The translations under genes were made by a program, and so were the position numbers. From Octopus bimaculoides (taxonomy: Eukaryota), in assembly GCF_001194135.2 (NCBI RefSeq), contig NC_068982.1, positions 191,096,420 to 191,141,562 of the forward strand: a DNA stretch of 45,143 nucleotides. Direction: 5' to 3'. The notes under the pieces were generated by a model. That model was not told the DNA's origin, ran no database searches, and saw only the letters and a list, made by a program, of their open reading frames with translations. Below are positions 32,431 to 45,122 of the stretch, piece by piece. Each line of letters starts with the position of its first letter. The stretch's first letter is position 1.

Positions 32431-32920
32431 TCCAATATAGACGATTGCGCTGGTATGGACATGTGGTGAGAATGGATGAAGATAGCTGCGTGAAAAAGTG
32501 CCACACCCTAACAGTTGAGGGAACCCGTGGAAGAGGTAGGCCCAGGAAGACCTGGGCTGAGGTGGTGAGGCAAGACCTTCGTACATTGGTCCTCACCGAG
32601 GCGATGACTACGGACCGAGACCTTTGGAAATGTGCTGTGCGTGAGAAGACCCGGCAAGCCAAGTAAGATCGTTGCCAGTGCCCCTGGACTGGCTTGTGCG
32701 GGGGGCACATAAAAGACACCATTTCGAGCGTAGCCATTTTCGTGCGGGTGACACGTAAAAGCACCCACTACACTCTCTGAGTGGTTGGCGTTAGGAAGGG
32801 CATCCAGCTGTAGAAACTCTGCCAAATTAGATTGGAGCCTGGTGTTGCCATCCGGTTTCACCAGTCCTCAGTCAAATCGTCCAACCCATGCTAGCATGGA
32901 AAGCGGACGTTAAACGATGA
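32431..32920 (+). mobile_element. 5'-truncated young RTE-clade LINE (ORF C-terminus + 3'UTR)
   Basis: RRLRWYGHVVRMDEDSCVKKCHTLTVEGTRGRGRPRKTWAEVV...EKTRQAK* (stop 32666). 3'UTR ends in a (GAT)n tail. CpGs intact. Confidence 0.88.
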
Positions 32921-32930
32921 NNNNNNNNNN

Positions 32931-33160
32931 GGCACATAAAAGACACCATTTCGAGCGTAGCCATTTTCGTGCGGGTGACACGTAAAAGCACCCACTACAC
33001 TCTCTGAGTGGTTGGCGTTAGGAAGGGCATCCAGCTGTAGAAACTCTGCCAAATTAGATTGGAGCCTGGTGTTGCCATCCGGTTTCACCAGTCCTCAGTC
33101 AAATCGTCCAACCCATGCTAGCATGGAAAGCGGACGTTAAACGATGATGATGATGATGAT
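32931..33160 (+). other. Exact duplicate of the RTE 3'UTR across a 10-N gap, probably an assembly overlap
   Basis: 32931-33147 appears identical to 32704-32920 (217 bp). Confidence 0.75.
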
Positions 33161-33270
33161 GAAAGGAGGGGTCAGTAAGCTTCTTATATCATTGACACCT
33201 TTGATGAAATTGTCAACAACTTATTGACCCATGTCATGCAAATTTCAAAAATAAAATTAAAATGTATAAC

Positions 33271-33394
33271 AGGCACAGGCATGGCTGTGTGATAAGAAGC
33301 TTCCTTCCCAATCACATAGTTCCAGGTTCAATCTCACTGCATGGCACCCTTCTATAGCCTTAGGCTGACCAAAGAAACTGAAGAAGCCTGTCAT
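33271..33394 (+). mobile_element. Family A SINE head (5' part of a SINE split by the mariner)
   Basis: GGCATGGCTGTGTGATAAGAAGCTTCCTTCCC...GAAACTGAAGAAGCC, followed by TG/TA repeats. Confidence 0.7.
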
Positions 33395-33419
33395 GTGTGT
33401 GTGTATATTAATATGTATA

Positions 33420-34699
33420 TAGGGTCATCCCATAAATAATGCGGTTTTTTTTCAGTTGCCTGAACTAAAAGTCAGAGGGAGACGGGATAAACTACCTGCA
33501 TCAACTTGCTATAAAAGCAGGTAGTAATTTTACCTTGTCCTTATTCTTAGTGCAAGTTTTGAAGAGTGCAGTTCGATTTTAACAGTTATTTTTACAAAGC
33601 CATAATGGAAGTGACAAAAGTGCATATTCGGCATATTTTGCTTTATGAGTTCAATAAAAGCAACAACACAATGGAAAGTGGGAGGAATATTAATGCAGTA
33701 TATGAGGATCGGACAATAAGCGTAAGCCAGTGTCAACGGTGGTTCCAGAAATTCCAAGCCAAAAACTACAGCCTAGAAGATGAGCCTCATCCTGGAAGAT
33801 CTGTAGAGCTCAACGAGGATGCCCTGCAAACCCCGGTGGAACAAAATTCCATCGTAACTATTGAGGAACTAGCAGAGAAGTGTGCATTTTGTCATTCAAC
33901 CATTCATCGACACCTGTGTGCCATTGGAAAAGTCAGCAAATTGGGTCAATGGGTTCCTCACAGACTTCTCGAGCAAAGGGTGAATGTGTGCTCTTCTTTG
34001 CTGTCATGTCTCACAAATGAACTTTTTTTGGACTGAATGGTGACTGGTGATGAGAAATGGGGTCTCTATAAAAATATTATGTGCTGAAGACAGCGGGTAA
34101 GGGAAAAGAGAAACTCCGGCACCCCAGGCTAAAGAAGGTCTTCACCCATGTAAGATGTTGTTACCTGTTTGGTGGGATATGAAAGGTTTAGTCCACTTTG
34201 AACTTTTAAACCCAAACCAAAAAATAAAAAAAGGAGAGCTACTGTGAACAGCTTGAGTGACTTAAGACAGCGCTAGAAAAAAAAACGACCATCTTTGGTT
34301 TCAAGACGAAAGATGTTCTTCCATCAGGATAAAGCTTAGCCACATACAGCAAGGATGACATTCCAAAGGTTGGAGCAGTTTGAATGAGAAGCAATGCCCC
34401 ATCACCATATTTGCTAGACATTGCCCCATCTGATTATCATTTATTCCGCAGTCTTCAAAATCATTTGAACAGAAAAAATACAAATTCTGTAGACGAGGTC
34501 AAAACAGTATAGGAGGAGTATTTTTCATCACATACAGGTGAATTTTGGAAGAGAGGCCTTGCAAGTCTACCAGATAAATGGAAGAGCATTGTAAAAAATG
34601 AAGGAGAGTATAAATTAGATCAAAAAAGAACTTTGTTTATCTTAATTTTGAAAAATAATAATAGTATAAAAAAAATACATTATTTATGGGATGACCCAA
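33420..34699 (+). mobile_element. Full-length (1280 bp) mariner DNA transposon, non-functional
   Basis: TIRs GGGTCATCCCATAAATAATG at both ends, with TA flanks at 33418-33419 and 34700-34701. Typical mariner length. Confidence 0.92.
33605..34623 (+). pseudogene. Mariner transposase pseudogene
   Basis: MEVTKVHIRHILLYEF... HTH region, WVPHRL, VTGDEKW, VWWD, HQDKA*PH and DIAPSDYHLF motifs. Stop at 34034-34036 plus further stops and frameshifts. Confidence 0.92.
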
Positions 34700-34760
34700 T
34701 ATATTATGTGTGTGTGTATATACATACATATATATATATATATATATATTTATATAATAT

Positions 34761-34954
34761 GTGTGTGACTCTGTCTGTCCCTCATCATTGTTTACATCCC
34801 CATAATTTAGCAGTTTGGCAAAAGTGGTTGATTGAATAAGTAACAGGCTTAAAAAACATTAAGTATTGGGGCCAATTCCTTTGACTGAAATTTTTCAAGG
34901 CAGTGCTCCAGCATGACCACAGTCTAATGACTGAAACAAGTAAAAAGTAAAAGA
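34761..34954 (+). mobile_element. Family A SINE tail (3' part of a SINE split by the mariner)
   Basis: GTTTACATCCCCATAATTTAGCAG...CAGCATGACCACAGTCTAATGACTGAAACAAGTAAAAAG. Confidence 0.65.
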
Positions 34955-36069
34955 TAATATTATATTAAAAAAAGTGTTGATTTAAAAACTAATTTCTTTG
35001 GTCTCTTGGATCAGTAACTACTTTTTAATAAGAAATATTTAAAGAAATTTAATGAAAATACTTAAATTGATGAAGAACAATAAAAATTTATTCAGTGTTA
35101 TTTACCATTTCAAATATGCTTGTGGCACGTTTGGAGCGGTAATAAAACTGCTTAGCGCTCCCAATCCGTAATAAAAATTCAGTCCTATTATTATAAAAGT
35201 TGAAATATTTAAATGTGAAATATGTTTGGTGAATATTAATATTGCATCGATATTTGGTCAGAAATTTGAGAGTTTTTGCTTTAAATTACTCACCAATTCC
35301 CTGGATAATTCAGCACCCTTAATGCTGAAGATCATTTGGGTAGCCAGGGGTCAATACTGACTCCTGCTATTCATTTGTACAACTGTGATATGAACTGGAG
35401 AAATCACTATATCCCTTTACAAATCTTCTTTTTAACCCAACTCCCATAATTTCTTAGTTTCCCTCAATATGTCTACAACCCTAACTTACTCTTTGTGGTT
35501 AGTGCGAAATACTCATTCTGCCACACACTTTTCACTTCCATCAGATCGATACCCTGACAAAGGCTTCATTCTTGAAGAGAACTCCCTTTCACCCCATGCA
35601 CAACCATAATTTTAAAAAGGAAAAGAAACCAAGAAAGATGAACATGGTGTAAGAAAGGATGGTGAAGGAAAGATAACCTTGCCTTGACATTACCAGAACA
35701 TTCCTTTACAAGGCATTAGGAAAGCCATAACGACCATGTTGAAGCCGATACTAGAGTATGATGCAGTCTTTGCACACCCATTGGACCATGTCAAACCATC
35801 CAAGCCATGCCAGCATGGAACATGGATTTTAAATCTATGATGATGATCTTTCTAACCTACTATATAGCAGCTAAATCATACTCAGGACCTTAAAAAAGGG
35901 TCAATACATTGGAAAGAGTATTCTAAAATATAACAGGCCTGATTATTTAAAGAGGAAAACATAAAAAAAGATAGCATAGTCACAGCTGAAATGGCTTTGA
36001 GCCTGTTGGTTCAAGGCTAGATGGTAACTAAGCAAAACAAGTTTCTGAAAGCTGAAAACTTAAGATTAA

Positions 36070-36212
36070 CAGGTGTGGCTGTGTGCTTAAGAATTTTGCT
36101 TCCCAGTTCAGGCCCATAGCATGGCACCTTGGGCAAATGTCCTCTACCATGGCCCTGGGTCAACCAATGCCTTGAGGGTGGATTTCCTAGATGGAAACTG
36201 AAAGAAGCCCAC
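36070..36212 (+). mobile_element. Family A SINE head
   Basis: GGTGTGGCTGTGTGCTTAAGAATTTTGCTTCCC...GGCACCTTGGGCAA...GGAAACTGAAAGAAGCCC. Confidence 0.7.
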
Positions 36213-38219
36213 TGTTCTGTAAATATGACAACAAGCCAAAGCACAAATATATTTGGTAATGCTCCTCAATTTCTCACCCCCCCCCATCTGTTGCCAACCT
36301 TTAGGAAGATGTGTAGTACATCAGCTCAGCACATCTCCTAGTATCATTTGTAGCTTTGAAGATGAAGTCGACTGAGAACAATCAAATCATCAGTCAATGT
36401 GGATGATTAACCAGTCCCAACCATTCGGGATTCATAGTACGATCAGCTTCCACATCCAATCCTGGTGCTTCATACAATTACTATTCAGCCTTTTCACTGC
36501 TGAATACAAAAATAAGGCTCACAAAAAACTTCTGTTCAGGTGATTTTCTTAAGACACCGTCTCACCTTTGTAACTTCTCATTCTGTTCATCTTCCCACAT
36601 TCAAGGCAGTCGACCTCTTTTTGTTTCTTTCACTTTTGTATGGCTCTGAGTCCCCCCCCCCCCCACTTTGTCAGGTTTTGTTTACGGTCCAGAGGATGTC
36701 CAATAATCACCCTTCTCACCAAACAAGCTTGGTGTAATTGCCAGTTTCGTTGCCGATTACCCAAGCACGTGACAGGTTCTACTGGGCATTGATCTTAGCC
36801 ATAAGGCTGTGGGTGACAGCTTGACAGTAACTCACAAGAGGGAGCTGAATAATACAAAATACCACATTAACTGACCACCGACAAGCACCAAGTAATGACA
36901 ACCAGAACGACTGACTAATCTATATAAACAAGAACTCTAGTTACAATCTTGAAACCTGCAAAGGCTAACCAACAATCTCGCCTCGAACGAGTGGAACTGA
37001 GGCAGTGACCGGATCACAAAGACTGACATTTTTGACAGCAAATTTTGCGTTTTTGAATGGCCGTTTTCCATGCCGTTAATTATTTTAGCTTCAACAGTCT
37101 CAGATCAAATCACTTGTCAGGCAAGTACATTTCCAGTATGTGTGTGTGTGTGTAACCATGTCTCGGCATCATGTGATGTTTATAAACGAGAAACATCGTC
37201 ATGCAAGCGATGTTGTTCGAACCCACTCTTCCGTGAAAAACATGTCTGTCCATAGAAAATATTACCTTGCTTGGAAACACGTGAAGACAGGCGACAGGAA
37301 AGGCATGGGGCCGTGGAAAAATCTGCCTCGACAAATTAGGTCTGACCCATTCTAAACATGGAAAAGCGAATGATGATTTAGATATTGTTTGGAATCATTT
37401 AATACAACAGAAAGCAAACGAGTGTCCTAAACATTCTACAGCCACAAGTACGCGTATGTATGTATGTATGGCATGCATAGGGTGTTGTCCTGGTTTGGAG
37501 GAAATATAAAAAATAAAAAAAAAGCCGTCGGCGAAGAGTTACTGCCCTTGTTTACCAATTTCTCTTGTTTTGATGTTTACAAAGATCTGAAGATATTTGA
37601 AATGATTCCTAAGAGAGCAGCAAGTAAGAAATACTCAGACGTGATCGGTAACATCAATAACTTCACCGATTGCAATATTCCATTCGATAATTAAATAAAT
37701 TCTGTGTTTGTTATTGATAACGACAACGAATGGACAATGAATTTATAAATATATTAAAATTAGTAGGCGGGGCTTCTACAGATTTTACACACGATATATA
37801 ACATAAACACACACACGATATATACATACACACATATATATATATGCACACACACATAGGCAGATAGATAAACAGACAGAGAGATATACGTAACTGTGTG
37901 CGCGTGCGTCATGCGAGGTCCGATTAGTCGGCGCACAAACATGTGCTCATTGATTAATAAATCTTTCAAAAAAGGCAACGACACAGTGAGTGAGATGTGT
38001 AATTGTTGCTTAGCTCCAGATCAACTCTGATCTGTTTATCAAGGCATTCCAACCGTAACCACTGCATCTTCTCAAGCCTTCTCTCATAATCAACGCGTGT
38101 GGGATATGGCGGAAATTTCGCTTTTATTTCTCAAAGCACATCGACCATGGACAGAAGAGAGAAAGGTACCTTTGTTGTGTGTGTGTGTGTGTATAGTAAA
38201 TATACAACGTATGCTCTGT

Positions 38220-38253
<34 letters not shown>

Positions 38254-40224
38254 GAGTTCGCGATATATTATCCGGGAGGATACCATATTATTATTATTAA
38301 TAATATGCATATATNNNNNNNNNNNNNNNNNNNNNNNNNNNNNNNNNNNNNNNNNNNNNNNNNNNNNNNNNNNNNGAATGGAAGGTGGTTGTATATACTA
38401 GAAGGAGGACAAACTGGTCTAAATTTTCAATTGTAATGAATGTAGAATAACATGAAAAACAAGGACCACTGCCTTTCTCTCTCTCTCTGAAAGCGGGAAG
38501 TTGATAAACAATAAACGGAATTTAAAAGTCGGTTATTTAATGTAAATAGCAATCAAGCTAACATATACCAAATCTGTTTGGTTACCTTTTGATGAAACAA
38601 TAAGAAAAACCAGCTTTTATAACTGCATTCTGCCAAACGAGCCTGTATGTAACCGCTCGGTTTGCTAGAAATGTCAGTCACATCTCCCTTAGAAACCATA
38701 CTATCATGATTCGACACTGTCTAAAACATATACTTTTGATAGTAGTGGTTGATATCTTTGATCATGGGGCTGCTCAAATAGGGCTGACGTGGGGCTTTAT
38801 TTATCGAACTTCTTAATAAATTACGATAATGTTTTTATAAGCAATGCATCTATTTTATAAAATATTATTTTCCATTTTTAAGATAACGATTCCAGTCAAC
38901 ACCGGATGTGTGTGCATTTGCGTTTAATTCGACAAAATGATTATATTAAGTACTTTATAGAAAACTTTATATAAGTAATATATGTGTTACTGTATGTAAA
39001 CTATATTACAAAGTATAATTAATTGTTCATTAAATATATAGTTTTAAACATGATTTCGATATAAAAAGATAAAATATCTGGTCTGTGTGTAAAGTTTTCC
39101 GTCCTAGCTTTGTTTAGAAGTTAAATCAGTGATGAAAAGGGGACAATATCAAGGGAGATGTTATTTAGATGTGGAAATACAAGGAGGGATTTATTTAATA
39201 CGAATAAAACTGTAATTATAGAAAAATTGAGGGTTTTATGAGAATTGTGTCGTGTTAAGAACGTTGAACGAGTAATACGGAAGAAAGACTGATATATATA
39301 AACATTATTTAAATACGACTTTAAGACAATAATAATAATAAACAGCAACCACAAATTAAAGGTTTGTTAGTCATGAATGAAGATTGCAGCCTCGCATCAT
39401 TTCCAAAAATATTGAAATTAAAAGAAAATTTAATGAGGATGGAAATATTGAAATAGCGCTAATATTTTCTAAGATAATAATAATAATAATAATAATAATA
39501 GTGATCGAATAAAATATTTTACAGGAAGAAGAACATTACAGAATCTTGGACAATGATTTGAGTCTTATAATATCTGTCGATTGATCTTTGTTTTGTTGGT
39601 TTGACTGTTTCGTGGGGAAATACACACAGCGGAATATATATAAATACAAAACTAAAAGTGAATGGAAACTTTACCAGTGCTAAAAATAATTCTAAAATAT
39701 TACTACATTTTTAAAGGTTATTACAAATAAACGTTGCGTTTTTTCCTCAAAGAAAATTAGGGTATTGACTTATTCTAATTACACTAATGCCTTTTCTGCT
39801 AAAAGGACGATAACACGAAATATGGGTACGACAAAATTGAATAAAGGATAGACATGCTTGTGAACATAAAAAGGTTTATTAAAAAGATAAGCATAACTCT
39901 TTATCAGTATTCATGTTGAATACAAGGTGTTTATCTAAATAACTGAAATAGCTTCAAAAACCGGTTTCATATATTTTGCAACAATATACAGCTTTAAATT
40001 AAACGAATTTAATCAGCAATATTTTATGATAAATGCATCTGAAAATTGATGACACACACCACATAATTTATACGAAGAGAAATAGCTAATAACTACAGAT
40101 AGCATTACAATTCAAGAACAAAACTAATTGAAAATTCTAATTAAAGGCTGAGAAAAAATTTAGACTTCACTGTCTAACAACACACACCAAACTATGTTGC
40201 TATATAAGATGTGTATTACAAACA

Positions 40225-40456
40225 CATGTAATTACACACACACACATATATATATACACATACATGTGTGTGTGTATATAAACATGCGTGTGTATATATA
40301 TATATACACGCATGCGTGCGTGTGTATACATATATATATACATGCATGTCTATGTGCACATAGACAAACATACAGGCACACTATATTCGTGTATATAATT
40401 TTATATATATACACACGCAGACAATTTCATATATATATATATACATACATACACAG

Positions 40457-40509
<53 letters not shown>

Positions 40510-40557
40510 TACACAGAAGATCTATGTATGTGTATATATATATATATATATATGTAT
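40225..40557. repeat. Compound (CA)/(TG)/(TA)n microsatellite block
   Basis: Directly visible dinucleotide runs. Confidence 0.9.
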
Positions 40558-40619
40558 AAAGCAAATTTATCGTGGTTGCAAAATATATAACTGGTAATTA
40601 TGAAAAGTACAAGTGATAC

Positions 40620-41300
40620 CTGTTGTGTTGTCGGTTTCACTCCAACTGTATGGCTGGAACCATTACTAAACTAACGCCCTCTATCTGTTCCTGCACGAAG
40701 CCACACATGTCCGCAGGAAAATGGCGTATGCCAAACGGCGCAAACGATGCAAGACTTTTGCACCAAAATTCTCTTAAATTCTCGCGAAAACAACAACTCT
40801 TACCTCATTGCACAAAACAAATAGTCGAGTCCTTCAGCTGTATTTGAAATCGGTAAATTTCCCTCTGTGATAAAGCAATAAGGAAGAAAAAACCTAACTC
40901 GAACGCAGAAGCGGATGAACTTATTTAATAGAAAATAAAATGGCGTAGTGTATGGCCCCTTAGTAAAGATTTGTCTTCCCTTAGTAAAGATTTTTGCCGC
41001 CAAGTGTCGTAGTTGAGGTACGCTCGTATCACCTTATAGCTTTCACAGAGTAAAATGTCGATCGTTAGAAAACTGCTAGAATTGTTTTTTCATTTTAATT
41101 GTTATCTTTCTTAGAATAAACTCAATTTTATGTTGTTTACAAAAAATACAACTTTAGTTTCTAATCATTTAGAAATAGTTTCGAAATAGATTATTTTCTG
41201 CAATACATAAGCCTGTTTAACTTTTTCTAAATATGGACGTGAGGTGTCGCTCGCGTCAGCTGAACATTTTCTCCGTCCATCTTACGTCAAACGTATAACA
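40620..41300. promoter_or_regulatory. Promoter-like CpG-rich non-repetitive segment
   Basis: AAAATGGCG (YY1-type) at 40718-40726 and 40937-40945. TCTCGCGAAA at 40780-40789. Minus-strand donor GAG|GTAAGA at 40804/40803. Confidence 0.25.
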
Positions 41301-41997
41301 ACCATTTACTTTCATCAATGTATAACATAACATTTATCTGTATTAATGTATTGCGTATAACATGCGTCCATAGTAACGTAATGCAATATATGTGTGTGTG
41401 TGTGAGTACAAGTACATTATATATATATATGAATATATATAAGATATATATATACATACATACATGTATATATATATATATATATATTAATATAAGATTC
41501 CTTTAGCTTGTTAGAAAGTAGTTTATTTACAAATGTACAAGCATTTAATTAAGCAATACACATATATGCACACACCCACACGTATACACCTATATGTTTG
41601 TATACATATACATATATTTTTACATTAGTAAACATACATATTACACACAAAAACATCTGTATAGTTACATATTTATATAATTTTATTCATACATATAAAT
41701 ATATTTGCATATACATGTGTATACGCATATAGATATACACATAATTTAAATCCATATGCACATTTAATAAAATAAACTGTCACAACGAATGCATTATTAA
41801 ACTAATTGCTTCATAATACACCATACAAGTATGAGGTGTTGTTTTGCGTGGATTGATCTTAAGAAGGAACAATATAACAAACAGAGATAAACCGATAGAA
41901 AGAGAGACATATTTGAATAAACAAAGATATCGTTTACTGTTATATTAGATAAAATATTGCAAAAACATATTTAATATTTCATGTGCCATTGTTTTAG

Positions 41998-42032
<35 letters not shown>

Positions 42033-42038
42033 TATTAT

Positions 42039-42110
<72 letters not shown>

Positions 42111-42140
42111 GTATATATGTATGTACGCGCGTGTGTGTGT
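41998..42140. repeat. (AAT)n followed by a long (TA)n microsatellite
   Basis: Directly visible. Confidence 0.9.
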
Positions 42141-42689
42141 GTTGCTGTTGTATTCACACATGACCGTTCACACTGACTTTTTGTTACAGGCAAAAAGCTA
42201 ATGTTTTTGTTTGCCTGCTTTCTGTTTTTCGGCCGATCGAACGAGCAGCGAAGGGGCTGCTTGTGTAGTTTTCTTCCTTCACTGTCGCCGTCATATTTAC
42301 TACAGTCAGTTGCCTGTTACAAAGTGCGACTGCGCACACAGACTGCATCTTCGCAGAACCTCCATTACTGCTGCCGCTCTAGCTTTCTTCTCATAAACAA
42401 CATATTTACGAAACAGAGAGAAAAAGAAATAAATAACAACATTAATAACGATTTCTCGTACACACGTTCAGGTGCATACACACACGTGTTTACGTATGTG
42501 AAACGGCTAATAAATGGAAAACTAAACCACAAAAGGAATTCAAAATAAGTTGATGTCATTATTATTTATTCATTAAAATTTTTCTTTTCAGCTGAGCGAT
42601 TGAAATTATGGCAATGTTGTAACATCTCTGTAGTTTTGTGGTTTGTAACGAAGAGATATAACAACAACAAAATAATACTCTCCGTTAGA

Positions 42690-42885
42690 TGCACAAGGCC
42701 TGAAATTTGTGGGGAAGGAGCGAGACAATTACATCGACCTTAGTGTTCAACTTGCTCTTATTTTATCGACTCCGGAAGGATAAAATGTAAAGTCATCGAC
42801 AGCGGAATTTCGGCTCAGAACTTAAAGCCGGAAAAAATGTCGCACAGTATGTTGTCCGGCGTGCTTACGATTCTGCCACCTCGCC

Positions 42886-42886
<1 letters not shown>
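42690..42886 (-). mobile_element. SINE family B copy (diverged but CpG-rich)
   Basis: GCACAAGGCCTGAAATTT...TTACATCGACC...GATTCTGCCACCTCGCC. Confidence 0.7.
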
Positions 42887-42919
<33 letters not shown>

Positions 42920-42945
42920 GTGTGTGTGTGTGTATGTATATATAT

Positions 42946-42991
<46 letters not shown>

Positions 42992-44879
42992 ATATGTGTG
43001 TGTGTATGTGTCTATATATATATATATATCGCAAATCGTACTTTCTTTACAATTAGTGGTTTCTTTCATCAACGGCCAGGCTACGTATATATATACAAGT
43101 AGCGAGCAATCAAGGAAGAACAGTAACACTGCATGGTGTTTGTATGTTAGCAACATAAAAATTAAGCATGCATCATAGAGAATCGAAACCCGTCCGCCGG
43201 ATATGGTCCGCGAAAATTTAGCTTTATTTCTTTATTTATTTCAACAACATGGTACTCGCTAACGAAAAGCGAAAAAACAATAAACTTTTGATTTTTAAAT
43301 AGATTTGTAGAATGAGTAGTTCGTTGTTGTGGCATTCATGCCGTTCCTCCTAAAACTATGAATTATAAAATGACGTACATCGAAGCCTTTTCAGTATTCC
43401 GTCAAGCAATGAAATGCCTTCATATACACACATACGTATATACATATATGTACGTGTGTGTGTGTATGAAACGAAAGATGACGGCACATTTTACAAGTTT
43501 AAAGACACTAGCCCTTGGTTTCCAAAACAGTACGCGCCTAACATTAAGTTAATCACTGACTATTTTATAATAGAACCCTTGTCTATTTTTTAAGTGTAAT
43601 TTCGGTCTTATTTAATGCATAAATCAAAGATAATAGTTATCAGCTAAACAATTTATTTGAAAGACCTCGTGTTCGTAGATTTCCGGAATGACTGCGCATT
43701 CTCCGAGTTAACTTCCTGAATCTTCCACAAAAAAACATAAAGTGAAATAAAATATGTTTTTAAACAATACCAAGTTCATGATTATCATTGGCAATGATAA
43801 TGTTTTATAAATCATATTATAAGGAAATACTATAACATAAATTTTGTTTTACTATTATAAAATTATGAAGTTAAGAAGGGATATTTATATAAAAACATCC
43901 GAAATTAGAATTGATTTAAAATACAAGTATGGCGTTCTGAGATGTACGTTCGTGTATGTATGAGTATGCGTGTGTATATGTGTGCATCTTTTTATGCTCG
44001 CATGTTTATATGAAACGTTTGTTTGTATATGAGTGCGTGTGGTTGTGAATTTTTTGTCTTACCACTTCACAACCGGAATTAGTTAGTTTGCATCCCCATA
44101 ACGTAGCGCTTCAGCGAAAAGACATCGACAGTATAAGTATCAAGTTTTAGAATATAATTACAGGAGTCGATTTGATCGGCTAAACCCTTCAAGGTCATGG
44201 CTGTAATCCAATGATTGAAACACAACAGTACATTATTTATATATTCACGCACACATACAAGCATATATATATANNNNNNNNNNNNNNNNNNNNNNNNNNN
44301 NNNNNNNNNNNNNNNNNNNNNNNNNNNNNNNNNNNNNNNNNNNNNNNNNNNNNNNNNNNNNNNNNNNNNNNNNNNNNNNNNNNNNNNNNNNNNNNNNNNN
44401 NNNNNNNNNNNNNNNNNNNNNNNNNNNNNNNNNNNNNNNNNNNNNNNNNNNNNNNNNNNNNNNNNNNNNNNNNNNNNNNNNNNNNNNNNNNNNNNNNNNN
44501 NNNNNNNNNNNNNNNNNNNNNNNNNNNNNNNNNNNNNNNNNNNNNNNNNNNNNNNNNNNNNNNNNNNNNNNNNNNNNNNNNNNNNNNNNNNNNNNNNNNN
44601 NNNNNNNNNNNNNNNNNNNNNNNNNNNNNNNNNNNNNNNNNNNNNNNNNNNNNNNNNNNNNNNNNNNNNNNNNNNNNNNNNNNNNNNNNNNNNNNNNNNN
44701 NNNNNNNNNNNNNNNNNNNNNNNNNNNNNNNNNNNNNNNNNNGTGTGTGTGTGTGTGTGCGTGTGTGTGTGTGTGTGTGTGCGTGTGTGTATATGACTCT
44801 CCCGTCGAAGACGACGTATAAAATCTCAGCTTTTGCCGAAAAACCCGCTCGAATGATTTGTTTATGGTTATAAAATGTC

Positions 44880-45066
44880 CGTGCCACACATTGGCTCAGT
44901 TCTCTCCATTAAATCGACTTTTGACGAACAGGTGCACAAGTCTACCACGTGTCGGGTGTCGAAGTGATCACAGAGCAACCTGAGATGAAGTCTTTTGCTC
45001 AAGAGCACAATGCTCCACTAGGTCTAGGAATTGAAATCATGATCTAGCGATCGTGAGTGCAACACC
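44880..45066 (-). mobile_element. tRNA-derived SINE with CTTGAGCAA-type core
   Basis: Reverse complement reads GGGTGTTGCACTCACGATCG...TTTCAATTCC...GTGCTCTTGAGCAAAAGACTTCATCTC. A similar core occurs at ~31855. Confidence 0.5.
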
Positions 45067-45069
45067 CGC

Positions 45070-45091
45070 ATACACACACACACATACATAC

Positions 45092-45122
<31 letters not shown>

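Noticed and set aside
36330-36640. Minus-strand two-exon candidate around a ~66-nt GT-AG interval
   Set aside because: The most protein-like frames contain stops and no consistent model could be built.
14662-44889. Long ORFs containing X runs or YIYIYI/CVCV/THTH stretches
   Set aside because: They are artefacts of N gaps and dinucleotide microsatellites.
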